From Octopus sinensis (Eukaryota): DNA of 64,000 nt. Under the pieces are notes generated by a model, which ran no database searches, was not told the origin of the DNA, and saw only the letters and a program-made list of their open reading frames with translations. The stretch is taken from positions 21,452,001-21,516,000 of the forward strand of contig NC_043017.1 in NCBI RefSeq assembly GCF_006345805.1. The letters run 5' to 3'. The stretch's first letter is position 1. Each line of letters begins with the position of its first letter. Of this stretch, positions 51,790-64,000 are shown in pieces. Made by a program: the position numbers and the translations under genes.

Positions 51790-51849
51790 TCCTTGCTGAA
51801 GAAGGAAGAATCCGTTTGGATTAATCCAGAAATTGGCCCAATTCAGGGA
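51790..51849 (+). ncRNA. Type I hammerhead ribozyme candidate
   Basis: TCCTTG-CTGAAGA-A-GGA(AG)AATCC(gttt)GGATT(AA)TCC-A-GAAA-TTG(gcc)CAA-TT-CAGGGA. Confidence 0.65.
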
Positions 51850-51982
51850 TAACGGAATTTTCAAAAATTTCTGTACACTGTTTATTTAAAGTGAAAAATA
51901 TTGTATGTGGTTAGATGATCTAAAGTCTATTTCTCAGCATATTGGCATAGGAATTTTTTTCATTTGCCCTTATTTATAATTG

Positions 51983-52023
<41 letters not shown>

Positions 52024-52202
52024 GCATAACACTGACTTTCTGGGCACCAATGGTCGGAAACAGATTATAATCTGCACTAGTTTAGTTTCATTTAATTGTT
52101 CAATTAAATTTGATATTCATTTAATTTAGAGTATGTTGACTTAAGTGGAAAAATCAGTTATTCGGAAAGACTTTGGCATCTAAGATTTCTGGAAGCTCAA
52201 TG

Positions 52203-52236
<34 letters not shown>

Positions 52237-52337
52237 AAGTATATATATATGCATATAAATATATATGTGTAGATGTATGTATGTATATATATATATATGT
52301 AAAGATGATATATATATATGTGTGTATATGTGTGTGT

Positions 52338-52373
<36 letters not shown>

Positions 52374-52380
52374 GAGTGTG

Positions 52381-52745
52381 TGGAGGAGCAATGGCCCATT
52401 GAGGAGCAATGGTCGTGGGATCATGGTTTTGATTCCCAGACCGAGTGTTTTGAGTGTTTATTGAGTGAAAACAGCTAATGCTCCATGAGGCTCTGGCAGG
52501 GGGTGGTGGTGAACTCTGCTATATGCTTTCACCACAACTTTCTCTCATTCTTTCTTCCTGTTTCTGTTGTACCTGTATTTCAAAGGGGCCAGCCTTGTGA
52601 CTGTGTCATGCTGAATTTACCCAAGAACTATATTAAGGGTACACATGTCTGTGGAGTGCTTAGCCACTTACAGGTTAATTTCACAAGCTGGCTGTTCTAT
52701 TGATCGGATCAACTGGAACCCCCGTCGTTGTAACCGATGGAGTAC
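52381..52745 (+). mobile_element. SINE family C (diverged)
   Basis: Homology to 41794-42183. Confidence 0.8.
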
Positions 52746-52795
52746 CACAATATATATATATATATATATATATATGAAAGTATGTATATATGGCA

Positions 52796-53500
52796 AAAGA
52801 AAAGAGAGAAGAAGAGGAAGAAGAAGAATGAGAAGAAGAAGAAGAAGAAGAAGAAGACGAAGAAGAAGGAGTAGGAGAAGGAGAAGGAGAAGAAGAAGAA
52901 AATGACGAAGAAGAAGACAAAGAAGAAGAAGAAGAAGAAGAAGAGAAAGAAGAAGAAGAAGAAGGAGAAAAAGAAGGAGAAGAAGAAGAAGGAGAAGAGG
53001 AGAAGAAAGAAGGAGAGGAAGAAGAAAAGGAGAAGAAGAAGAAGAAGAAGGAGAAGAGAAGAAGAGAAGAAGAAGAAGAAGAAGAAGGAGAAGAAGAACA
53101 GAAGAAGAAGAAGAAAAGAAGAGAAGGAAAAGAAGAAGAAAAGAAGAGAAGTGAAGGAAAAAGAAGGAGGAGGAGAATAATAAGAAGGAGAAGGTGAAGA
53201 GAAGAAGAAGAAGAAGAAGGAGTAGAAGAAGAAGAAGAAGACGAAGAAGAAGAGAAAGAAGAAGAAGACAAAGGAGAAGAAGAAGAAGGAGAAGAAGAAG
53301 AAGAAGAAGGATAAGGAGAAGAAGAAGAAGAAGAAGAAGAAGAAGAAGAAGAAGGAGAAGACGAAGAAGAAGAAGAAGAAGAAGAAAGAGGGGAAGGAGA
53401 AGAAGAAGAAGGAGAAGGAGAAGAAAAAGGAGAAGGAGAAGGAGAAGAAAAAGAAGGAGAAGAAGGAGAAAAAAAAGAAAGAGAAGAAGGAGAAGAAATA
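52796..53500. repeat. ~700-bp almost pure purine (GAA/GGA)n tract
   Basis: Direct inspection; source of the poly-K/E/R/F/S ORFs. Confidence 0.95.
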
Positions 53501-54105
53501 GTTGAACAGATGTGTGTCTGTGCACATGTCACTTGTTTGTATCCTTCATTCATATATTTTAACACACACATATACGTATGTATATATACATATATATATT
53601 TCTGTATGTGTGTGTGTGTGTGTATGTTGTGCGTATGTTTGGTATATCTATAAGTGATGCTTCTCTTTCAATCATACCTCACCTCCAATTTTTATTTATT
53701 TGCAAATTTATTATTTTTATATTTCACTTGTTTGTTTGTTTGTTTGTTTGGTTGTTTTTTAATCTTTTCTTTGTCTTAAAAAGGTCTCCCCCCCTACCTT
53801 ATCCTCCTCCACCAAAACTATGAAAATATTTTCTTATGGACAAGTAAACATGTGACACGGATTTCTTCACTGCCTTATTCATCGCTCCTGTTTTCTAAAT
53901 GATTAATATTATTATCATTATCATCATCATCATCATTACCATTATTATTATTATTAGTAGTGGTGGTGGTGATAGTAGTAGTAATAGTAGTAATAGTAGT
54001 AGAAGTAGTTGTAGTAGCAGTAGTAGCAGCAGCAGCAACATTGTGATTCATCCTAATTTATCATTTACTTACTTTTACTTCAAGGATTTCACCCCCACAC
54101 CTACA

Positions 54106-54154
<49 letters not shown>

Positions 54155-54251
54155 TTATAATACACATATATACATATCTACATAGGAATGTATATCATAT
54201 ATATATATATATAATATAACATATATGTACATATTTATACATATATATATA

Positions 54252-54286
<35 letters not shown>

Positions 54287-54820
54287 CATACATAAATACA
54301 TATATTATATATATATATATATTTGTATGTATGTATATGTATATGTAAATGGCTGATAGCATGTTTGAGTTGGTTGTCAATAGGGTGGGGTAACTATCTG
54401 AAGCATAAAATTAACCACCATGCTCTGGCAATCATGCCTCATTCGTTGCAAAGAGTTGCATCTCGTATCTGTGCCAGACATCCTAAATGGACATGATATG
54501 GAAAGGCGCTAGTGCGACCAAAATAAGAGAGTCGTTCAAGGAGGAGGAAAATAAAGAATTTGAAGAACTGACAATTACATTTATGTTTACATTCACTGAG
54601 CTTTGGTTATTGATGAAACGGTTAGATGGTACTGAAACCAATAGCAGCACCATTTTAGCAACTTGATGACTAATGTATATTCTATAATGGTTGATCATTT
54701 ATTAGTCAGTTTGAGAACTTCTTTCAAGAAATCTCGAGAGTTTAATCTGAATATTGGCATCTGAAAAACTGGCATTGCCTCTATGGGAGGCTGACATATG
54801 TTTTCATATAGTTTTGGAAA

Positions 54821-55216
54821 TCTTTATATATAAAAGTAAGGTTGTGTGTCTGTCTCCTACGATTTAGATTCTTAACTACTCCCACATCTTGCAGTGCAGT
54901 TTAACCAAAACCGGGTATCTTATAGTCGTGATTCATATCGAGCCCTTCTGGGTATTAGAGCGCATCTATGATGAGTCTACGATTAAAAAAAAAATTTACC
55001 ATAATTTTTCCGTATTTTTAATGCATTTTCGCTCGGTTTATATAAAGGAAGTAACTCTCTAAAAATGTATTATTAAATCTCAGAACGTAAAAAACTACAG
55101 TAACACCCCCCTTTGTGGTTAGCCATATTGAGATGGCTATTATACTTTACATCTCTAAAAATGCTTATATAGTTATTTCCCTTACAAACCCGAGCAACGC
55201 CGGGTGATAGTGCTAG
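54821..55216 (+). mobile_element. Non-autonomous Helitron (396 bp)
   Basis: A|TCTTTATATA...CCCGAGCAACGCCGGG hairpin...GCTAG|T. Confidence 0.85.
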
Positions 55217-55939
55217 TTATAAATATTAGTTGAACGTGATCATCTACATACTGGTGGTTTATATTTATTGAAATCTGGTTTTGCAAGTGAGAGCATCTTT
55301 TTCTATATTTATTTTATTTTTGTGTTCATCAACAAAAAGTACGTCTGCCCATTTCTTTCACGAACCCTTTGAGGATATTCAAATTGACGAAGTTGTTCAG
55401 TTTGAAGATAAGATAAAAGATGAGTGACAACTGTAAGAGAAATGTAGTTGAGATAGGAATCTCAAGGAGTTAACGTCCAACAGAACTAAAATTAGCCATG
55501 GTGGTTTAGTTCAGGTAAAGAGAGTAAAATGTAAAATAAGGGATTAGAAGAGGCAAAGCAGATGTTCCCCGTGGAGATTATATGGGCATTATAAAGCTTG
55601 TTAACTCTGAGGAGCAGGTGGTGGTGCTATGGTAGAGGCAGGAATGGGTAGAGTGAGGAAGGGCATAGCAAATTTGAGGGATGAGATTCAGAGGTGTGTG
55701 GCTCTTTGGGAGGCTAATATATATTAATAAAAGCAAAATTTATGGACCCTTAAAATACAACTGAGGATCTCTGATTTACTACTTTGCTTACATGGATCCC
55801 TGAAAATCCTATTTGGATATCCAGGGGTCATACGGACCCCAATTGAGAGCTACTGATTTAGAAGACATTTCCACAGCTTGTAGTTGAACCTAAGATTGTG
55901 AATCAAATCTTTTAACCATTCAGGGATGTTTGCACCCAT

Positions 55940-56305
55940 GTGGTGAAGTATGATCTTTGAACGTTGGGCCTCATAGAGGCAATGAAAGATGACTGAGACC
56001 TTTGGCGATATGCTGTGCTTGAGAAGATTCATCAAGTCAAGTGAAATTGTGGTTGTGGTTGATGCCAGTGTCACATTAGTGGCATCCATGCTGGTGGCAC
56101 ATAAAAACACCCATGTCTGTGGAATGTATAAAGCACCCATAACACTCTTGGAGTGGCTGGCATTAGAAACAGCATCCAGCTTTGGTAATTATACCAGATC
56201 AGACTGGAACCTGGTGCAGCTCTCCAGCTGACCAATTCCAGTCAAACCATCTAACCCATGCCAGCATGGAAAGCGTACGTTAAAGGATGATGATGATGAT
56301 GATGC
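55940..56305 (+). mobile_element. RTE LINE 3' end fragment
   Basis: GACCTTTGGCGATATGCTGTGCTTGAGAAG (ORF end), 3'UTR and (GAT)n tail. Confidence 0.7.
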
Positions 56306-56634
56306 ATCCATATTGCGATGTGTTTAAAGCATAAAAATACACACACACACATTCGTCCCTGCTGTGCTGTGTTAAGAATAAATACGCATTCCCCCACATA
56401 CAGTGTGTTTACACAAATTTAAAGCTGTATATACATCTTCATTACTGGGTGTATAGAAACGGTTAAAAGAATAAAAAGAAGGAAAAGACAACAAACTCAC
56501 AAACAAGAGAGAATTGCTTGATTTTGTTGTCTTTAAATTATAACATCAAGAAAATAGAGTTTGGCTTCTTCAAAAAATATCCTGCAGTGAAGGACATTTG
56601 TGACTTCATCATTATTTTAGTTACTGTTTAACTA

Positions 56635-56678
<44 letters not shown>

Positions 56679-57516
56679 ACTACTACTACTACTTCTTCTT
56701 CTTCTTCATTCTTCTTGCCCCTCCTCATCTTCTTCTTCTTCTTCTTCTTCGTCTTCTCCCTCTGCTCCTCTACCTTTTTCTCTTCTTCTTCCTCCTCCTC
56801 CTTCACTCTCCTCTTCTTTCACCGCCCTCTCTTCCCCTCCAACCTTTCTCCCCTTTTAGCCTCATTGTTTCTTCTTCTCCCCTCTTCCTTCCTTCTTTCC
56901 TACCTTCCTCCTCCCAACCTCCTTTTTCACTCCTTGTCCCTTCATTCTCTCTCTCTCCCATTCTTTACCCCTCCCATTCTTCTTCTTCTTCTTCTTCTTC
57001 TTCTAGTCTCTAATATACAAACAAACAAAACAAACAAACAAACAACCAAACAAAACAACCAAATGCATAGACAAATAAATAAAATTAAATAAAATAAAAA
57101 AAAAAAAGAGCCATCTAAATTAATGAATAACCTCATCAACAAATTGATTCCTGCCAATAGTCTTAGGTTGACATTTACTCTGCCAAGAAAGGAGGACGGG
57201 GGGGGGCGCCCTCTCCCTCCCTCCCTCCCTCTCTCTCTATTTCGTTAGGTTCCCTCTCCCTCCCTCCCTCCCTCCCTCTCTCTCTATTTCGTTAGGTTCC
57301 CTCTCCCCTCTCCTCCTCTTTTCCTGGTTCTCACAGCTATCCACAATGTTTCACATCCAAAGCCCACATACTGCTTACAATTACACCACTCAATGTCTAT
57401 TGTACATCTCTTTCTTTCATTTTTTTTTCTTTTAATTTATTGTCATTATTTTTCTCCCCCTCTGCTAATTTATTTTATTTTATTCATTTCCTTTTGTATT
57501 TTTTTGAAAAAAATTG

Positions 57517-57919
57517 TTTTACTCTTTTACTTGTTTCAGTCATTTGACTGCAGCCATGCTGGAGCACCGCCTTTAGTCGAGCAAATCAATCCCAGGACTT
57601 ATTCTTTGTAAGCCCAGTACTTATTCTATCGGTCTCTTTTTTGCCGAACCACTAAGTGACAGGGACGTAAACACACCAGCATCGGTTGTCAAGCAATGCT
57701 AGGGGGACAGACACAGACACACAAACACACATATATATATATTATATACATATATACGATGGGCTTCTTTCAGTTTCCGTCTACCAAATCCACTCACAAG
57801 GCATTGGTCGGCCCGGGGCTATAGCAGAAGACACTTGCCCAAGATGCCACGCAATGGGACTGAACCCGGAACCATGTGGTTGGTTAGCAAGCTACTTACC
57901 ACACAGCCACTCCTGCGTC
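57517..57919 (-). mobile_element. SINE family A, full length
   Basis: Homology to 43-467. Confidence 0.9.
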
Positions 57920-58183
57920 TATGTTTATGTTTTTTTTATATTTTTCTTTCATTTTCTCTTTCTTGGAGATAAATATGTCCAAAGCAATTCACCACAACCT
58001 GCTGTTTTTATTTCAGCCTCATCTAATAATAACTCATTACAATTAAATATTAATTAGTTGTTACTGCTTTCTGGACACAGCCATCTTAATTTCCATCGTC
58101 TGCTTCATTTCTTTGTCTAATTTTATCCTTGTCATCATCGTTACTTTCATTGTTGTTATTCATATTAGATTTTTATATAGCTA

Positions 58184-58583
58184 CTAGCAGTATCACCTGG
58201 CGTTGCTCGGGTTTGTAAGGGAAATAACTATATAAGCATTTTTAGAGAATTATAGCCAAAAAATAGCAAAACAATGCATTAAAAATGGAAAAAAAGTGAT
58301 GGTAAATTTTTTTTTAAATCGTTGACTCATCGTAGACATTTTTAGAGAATTACTTCCCTTATATAATAGCGAAAAAAATGCATTAAAATGGGAAAAAAAT
58401 GATGGTAAATTTTTTTTTAAATTGTAGACGCATCGTAGATGCGCGCTAATACCCAGAAGGGCTCGATATGAATCACGACTATAAGATACCCGGTTTTGGT
58501 TAAACTGCACCGCAAAATGTGGGAGTAGTTAGAAATCTAAATCGTAGGAGACAGACACACAACTTGACTTTTATATATAAAGA
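58184..58583 (-). mobile_element. Non-autonomous Helitron (400 bp)
   Basis: Same termini (TC...CTAG) and A/T target as the other two copies. Confidence 0.85.
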
Positions 58584-58595
58584 TTTACTTATTTA

Positions 58596-59030
58596 GGTGC
58601 AGGTGTGGCTGTGTGGTAGCAAGTTTGCTTTTCAGCCACATGGTTGGGGGTTCAGTCCCACTGTGTAGCATCTTTGGCAAGTGTCTTCTGTAATAACCTC
58701 AGGCCAACCAAATCCTTGCAAGTGGATTTGGTAGATGGAAACTGAAAGAAGCCTTCCATATATATGCCAGTGTGGAAGCCTGTCACACATATATACATGT
58801 ATATGTTTATGTGTGTGTATTGTTGTGTCTGCGTTTGTTCCCCACCACCACCACCACCACTTGATGACTGGTGTTGGTTTGTTTATGACCCTGTAACTTA
58901 ATGGTTTGCCAAAACGGAACAATAGAATAAGTATGAAACTTGAAAAAGAAAAGTTCTGGAGTTGGTTGTTTGACTAAAAGTTCTTCAAGGCAGTGCCCCA
59001 GCATGGCCACAGACTTAGATGAGTAAAAGA
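58596..59030 (+). mobile_element. SINE family A (old, diverged)
   Basis: Head GGTGCAGGTGTGGCTGTGTGG; tail GGCAGTGCCCCAGCATGGCC. Confidence 0.7.
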
Positions 59031-59691
59031 TATATAATACAAGATATTTTATTTTTGCATTTGGTTTGCAAGATTCTTTATGTGAATTCGTGTATTGAAG
59101 CATATTTTATTGTGTGTGGGGAGACTCATTCTCTTTTAGTGCCAGCTGAGTGGACTGGAGCAGTGTGAAATGAAGGGTTTTGCTCAAGAACATGATATGT
59201 CACCCAGTCCAGGAATTGAAACCACAATCTTCTGATCATGAGTCCAACACCCTAACCATTAAGCTATGCACCTCCACATGTGCCCAAGGACCCATGTAGT
59301 GAAACTAAACCTGAAAGCACGTGGGTGCAAAGTGGACTGCTTGACCACACAGCTATAAGTGCCCCTGGTGTGTGTGTGTGTGCGCGTGGATGTGTGTGAG
59401 AGAGAGAGTGAGAGAGAGCGTGGGAGTGCATGCAAGTGCATGTGTGTGTATGTGTTTGTACATATACATACATGTATGTATACACACACACATATTGAAA
59501 TATATATATATATAGATACATAGCGATACAGAAATAGTCATGTAGTATACTACAAAGGTATGTAGTTCTTTTTTATAAGTATATATGCTAATGCACGTGC
59601 ATATATATATATATATAATATATATATACTCACATACATACATATTAATATAAATAAATATATGCATATATATATATATATATACATATTT

Positions 59692-59728
<37 letters not shown>

Positions 59729-60314
59729 TATATATGTGTGTGTGTGTGTATGTGTATGTAAACTATGTTATATGTATGTATTAGTATAAGTGTGAGAAGT
59801 ATGTTTCAATGTATGTGTGTATATAAATATGTGCGAGTATATATATATGTGTGTGTGTGAGTGTGTGAATTGCTCTAGACAGACAATAAGAGCAATATTT
59901 AGCGAGGTCTTCACATAAAAAGGGAATACAAGCAATATTTTTATTCTTCCAATTTCCTCTTTGTAAGTAATTGTGGTGCACTAAAAGGTATTACTATAGA
60001 ATATTGATATATTTATATTGATATTGAGCGGGTATATATGTCAGTACGAGCATATACATACATACACATATGTATACATACATACATACACATATGTATA
60101 CACACACAAACATATATATATATATATATATACACATTTGTGTGTGTATTTGTATATGCGTGTATATATTTGTATATGCATAGACACACATATACACACA
60201 TAGATAATATACATACATATATGCACTTACATAGACACCTATGTAAGAAATTGAGTTCAATTTTGATGACACTAGACTAAGTGACCTCATTCATAACTTT
60301 TCTATCAAGAGATC

Positions 60315-60356
<42 letters not shown>

Positions 60357-60796
60357 TACACACACACACATATATATATATATATAATACACTCAAGCAT
60401 ACACAAATAGACACATATATATGTATATATACGTACACACACAAATATGTATGTATGAATATATATCTATATCTATATGCATGGATATACAAGTATGTGT
60501 GTATTATGTGTAACTTTCAAGAAGTTCCCTTTTCCGTATATTAAATCTTTTTTGCAGTTTAATCTTTTTTAAACAAAATTATGAAAAAAAAACCCCCAAA
60601 AAAACAAAAGTAAAAAAAAACAATGCCAGCAGCAAAAAATAAAAGAATAAATAATGTCAACAGTAAAAAACAAACTCCTTCCCCACCCACCTTGCCTCAC
60701 CTCAATAAAAAAATCAAAAGACATTCATATGAAAACAAGACAAATATATCTATCTATATATCTATATATATTATATATTATATATATAGTGTGTAC

Positions 60797-60836
<40 letters not shown>

Positions 60837-60945
60837 ATATGTGTGTGTGTGTGTGTGTGTATGTATATACATGTGTACATATATATGTATATATATATAT
60901 ATACATATAAATATATCTATATCTATCTCTCTCTCTCTCTCTCTC

Positions 60946-60986
<41 letters not shown>

Positions 60987-61378
60987 CATATGTGTGTATA
61001 TATATGTGTGTGTATATGTATATATATGTACGTATATATGAGTATGTGTGTGTGTGTGTGTGTGTGTGTGATGTGGTGTGGATGAAGATATTTCCTAGAA
61101 CATTAAGCAAATTGCCAAAATTGATTTCTGTGTGAGATTTAGTGCATTAAAGCTCATCATTATTGTAGAAAAGCTGAGAAATGTCAATATTTAATCAAGT
61201 ATATCAACTCTACTTACCAATCAACAATTGGATTGACCTAAACTTGGTAAGTATATTTGCTTAAATAAAGTATATTACTTGTATTAACATTGTAAAAGAT
61301 ATAGCAGTTGTTGTTATTGTTGATGAACACATTGACTTTTATTATTATTATTATTAATTATTATCATTGTTATTATCA

Positions 61379-61416
<38 letters not shown>

Positions 61417-62423
61417 TCTTTTATTGGCCACAGGAACATAGATGAGGAGTACATCACAAGGATGGAAGTCAACTTGTATTGGGGTTTATATAAAAGATGG
61501 GCAGAAAGAATGGAAAAGACAGTGAAATGTGATTAAAAGTGCTTACCAACCACAGTGGTTTCTGGGTTCAGTCCCACTGCATAGCACCTTGGGCAAGTGT
61601 CTTCTACTATAGCCTCGGATCAGCCAAAGCCTTGTGAGTGGATTTGGTAGACAGAAACTGAAAGCAGCCCCCCCCCCCCCCACATATATATGTTTGTGTG
61701 GGTGTGTATTTGTGGGTCTATGTTTGTGCTTCAACCGTCTCTTAACCAATGCTGGTGTGTTTACGTCCCCGTAACTTTGTGGTTCAGCAAAAGAGACCCA
61801 TAAAATAAGTACTGTGCACAGCCTGGTCCAGGAAATGAACCAATTACCTCATGATTGTGAGCCCCACACTCTAACCACTGAGCCATGTGCCTTCACAGGT
61901 GCATGGCTCAGTGGAAATCAAAGTATGGACTCTATAATTGTTAAGCAAATTTCTTAACTCTTCTGATACCAACCAGCCTGCGACCACTTCTGGTTACATG
62001 ATACAAACTTTCTATTTTGAAGAGATCCAAATTAGAACCTCTCATCAAAATTCCGTTTTAATTTATGTTCCAAGCACCATCTTAATAATTAAATAATTAC
62101 AGTCATTGTTTTTAGAATTAATTGAAACAAAGGCAGCATTCTAAATTAAAACCTTGCATCAAAATTCCATGCTAATTTACGTTCCAAATATCATCATAAT
62201 AATTACAGGTATTTCATTAAATTCTTTGTTAATTTCATAATTAAATGAAATAAAGGTAGTGTATTTCAGCAGAAGTATTATCACGAAGGGGTTAATCATA
62301 CAGTCATTCTTGCAGCTAAAAGCTAATCTCAAAACCGTGCAGATTTCTTCAACTTAGGCTGTTCTATCTATGGTGATGCTTACGATGAATCTTCTTCCTT
62401 CTTCTGTATGCTTGGTTTAAATA

Positions 62424-63094
62424 TAATAATAATAATAATAATAATTGTGTACAGTGCTCAGGTGCACTACAACTCATCTAAAGTGTATATATAATCAGGT
62501 GTAGTTTCGGCGGATTTCGGAAAGCATGAGGGCCTTAAAGGATGTAGTGTCATGGCAGTCAACAACTGACGCAAGCAGTTTATTCCATGCTTCAGCAACT
62601 CTGAGCGTGAAAAAAGGTTTCCGAAAGTCATGGGAGCTGTGTTATTTTCTGACTTTGTAGGCATGTCCACGTGTGTTAGACACATGGAGATCAAAAGGTG
62701 TCAGTGTGTTGTTGGTGAGGTGGTTGATAACTTTGTGGGTGTTACCAAGTCCGTCGCCAGATGCCGGAGCTTCAGTGAATCCATGCCCAGGGAAACAAGG
62801 CGCTCAGAATATGGTAGGTGCCTGATGGAGGGTATGCGTTTGGTTGCACGTCTCTGGACATATTCCAGGAGGTCAATAATCTGAGCAAGATAGGGGTTCC
62901 AAACTGATGATGCGAATTCCAAGTTTGGTCGTACCATAGCTGTATGCAGTTTTAAATAGATGGCTGGAGAGCGGCTAACAAAAGTCTTGCTGGGTGATGC
63001 CAAGACACCCTCGGCCTTCTTGACAATTTTAGAGATATGCTTTGTCCAAAGCAAATCACTACTGACAGTGATGCCTAGGTCACGCTCTCAACAC
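62424..63094 (-). mobile_element. CR1-clade LINE 3' fragment with (ATT)n tail
   Basis: ERDLGITVSSDLLWTKHISKIVKKA...MVRPNLEFASSVWNPYL...LEYVQRRATKRIPSIRHLPYSERL (CR1 RT C-terminus), frameshift near 62740. Confidence 0.88.
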
Positions 63095-63523
63095 AAAGCA
63101 GCTTCTGACAATGGTAAACCAAACCATGGAAAGGGCAATGTGACATGTTTAGACAGCCTTACTGTACCCCTCATGTTAAAGTATATACCTGGTGGTTCTC
63201 CAGCTTGTGAGATCTGATTGAACTGTCCGACTCGTACAAGCATGGATGATATAAATTAAATGATGATGATGATCATGATCACGATAATGATGATGATTAC
63301 ATATGCAAAAGCAAGCAGCATGGTTCTGTGGTAAGATGTTTACTCCCCAGTCATATGGTTCTGGTTTCAGTCCCACTGCATGGCACCATGGACAAAAACC
63401 ATCAACTGTAGCCCTAGGCTAATCAAAGCCTCATGAGTGGTTGGTAGGCAGAAAGTGAAAGAAGCTCATTGCATGTGTGTGTGTGCACAAGTATTTGCAT
63501 GCATATGTGAATATGTGTGCATA

Positions 63524-63933
63524 GGTGCAGGAGTGGCTGTGTGGTAAGTAGCTTGCTTACCAGCCACATGGTTCCGGGTTCAGTCCCACTGTGTGGCATC
63601 TTGGGCAAGTGTCTTCTGCTATAGCCCGGGCCGATCAATGCTTTGTGAGTAGATTTGGTAGATGGAAACTGAAAGAAGCCTGTTGTATATATGTATATAT
63701 ATATGTATGTTTGTGTATATGTTTGTGTGTTTGTGCATGTCCCTCTAGCATTGCTTGACAACCGATGCTGGTGTGTTTACGTCCCCGTCACTTAGCGGTT
63801 CGCCAAAAAGAGAACGATAGAATAAGTACCGGGCTTACAAAGAATAAGTCCCAGGATCAAATTGTTCGACTAAAGGTGGTGCTCCAGCATGGCCGTAGTC
63901 AAATGAGTGAAACAAGTAAAAGAGTAAAAGAGT
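63524..63933 (+). mobile_element. SINE family A, full length
   Basis: Head, microsatellite and tail present. Confidence 0.9.
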
Positions 63934-64000
63934 ATATGTATGCATGTGCATATGGATAAATATATGTGCATATATGTGCATATGTATGTGTGGCCATGTC

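Noticed and set aside
52030-52085. CTGAC...GGAAAC-AG(ATTATAAT)CTG motif resembling a hammerhead
   Set aside because: The core lacks GA after CTGAN, there is no NUH triplet and helix I is unconvincing; at best a heavily decayed remnant.
52668-53571. 270-296-aa ORFs rich in L, S, F, K or R
   Set aside because: Translations of the GAA/GGA purine tract.

Overview
AT-rich, repeat-saturated eukaryotic DNA with one 100-N assembly gap (50455-50554). The repeat families and dense (TA)n/(CA)n/(AAT)n/(GAT)n microsatellites point to a cephalopod, probably Octopus (inference from repeat content). No protein-coding host gene can be firmly called; the window looks intronic or intergenic, and almost all ORFs in the track are SINE-derived or microsatellite read-throughs. 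Recognisable content: at least four tRNA-head SINE families (often nested), fragments of RTE, CR1 and R4/Dong-type LINEs, decayed Tc1/mariner (maT-like) transposase pieces and MITEs, and three copies of a ~400-bp non-autonomous Helitron. The most notable observations, none visible in the ORF track, are: (1) several type I hammerhead-ribozyme folds in small Penelope/retrozyme-like repeats, two of them unrelated in flanking sequence yet sharing an unusual A/A juxtaposition at the base of helix II (49507-49593, 51790-51849), plus an identical pair in inverted orientation (26656-26698, 27234-27276); (2) a nearly full-length U2 snRNA copy fused to a retroposon 3' tail (34594-34853, minus strand); (3) several fold-back palindromes. 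All folds and alignments were done by eye and need computational and experimental confirmation.
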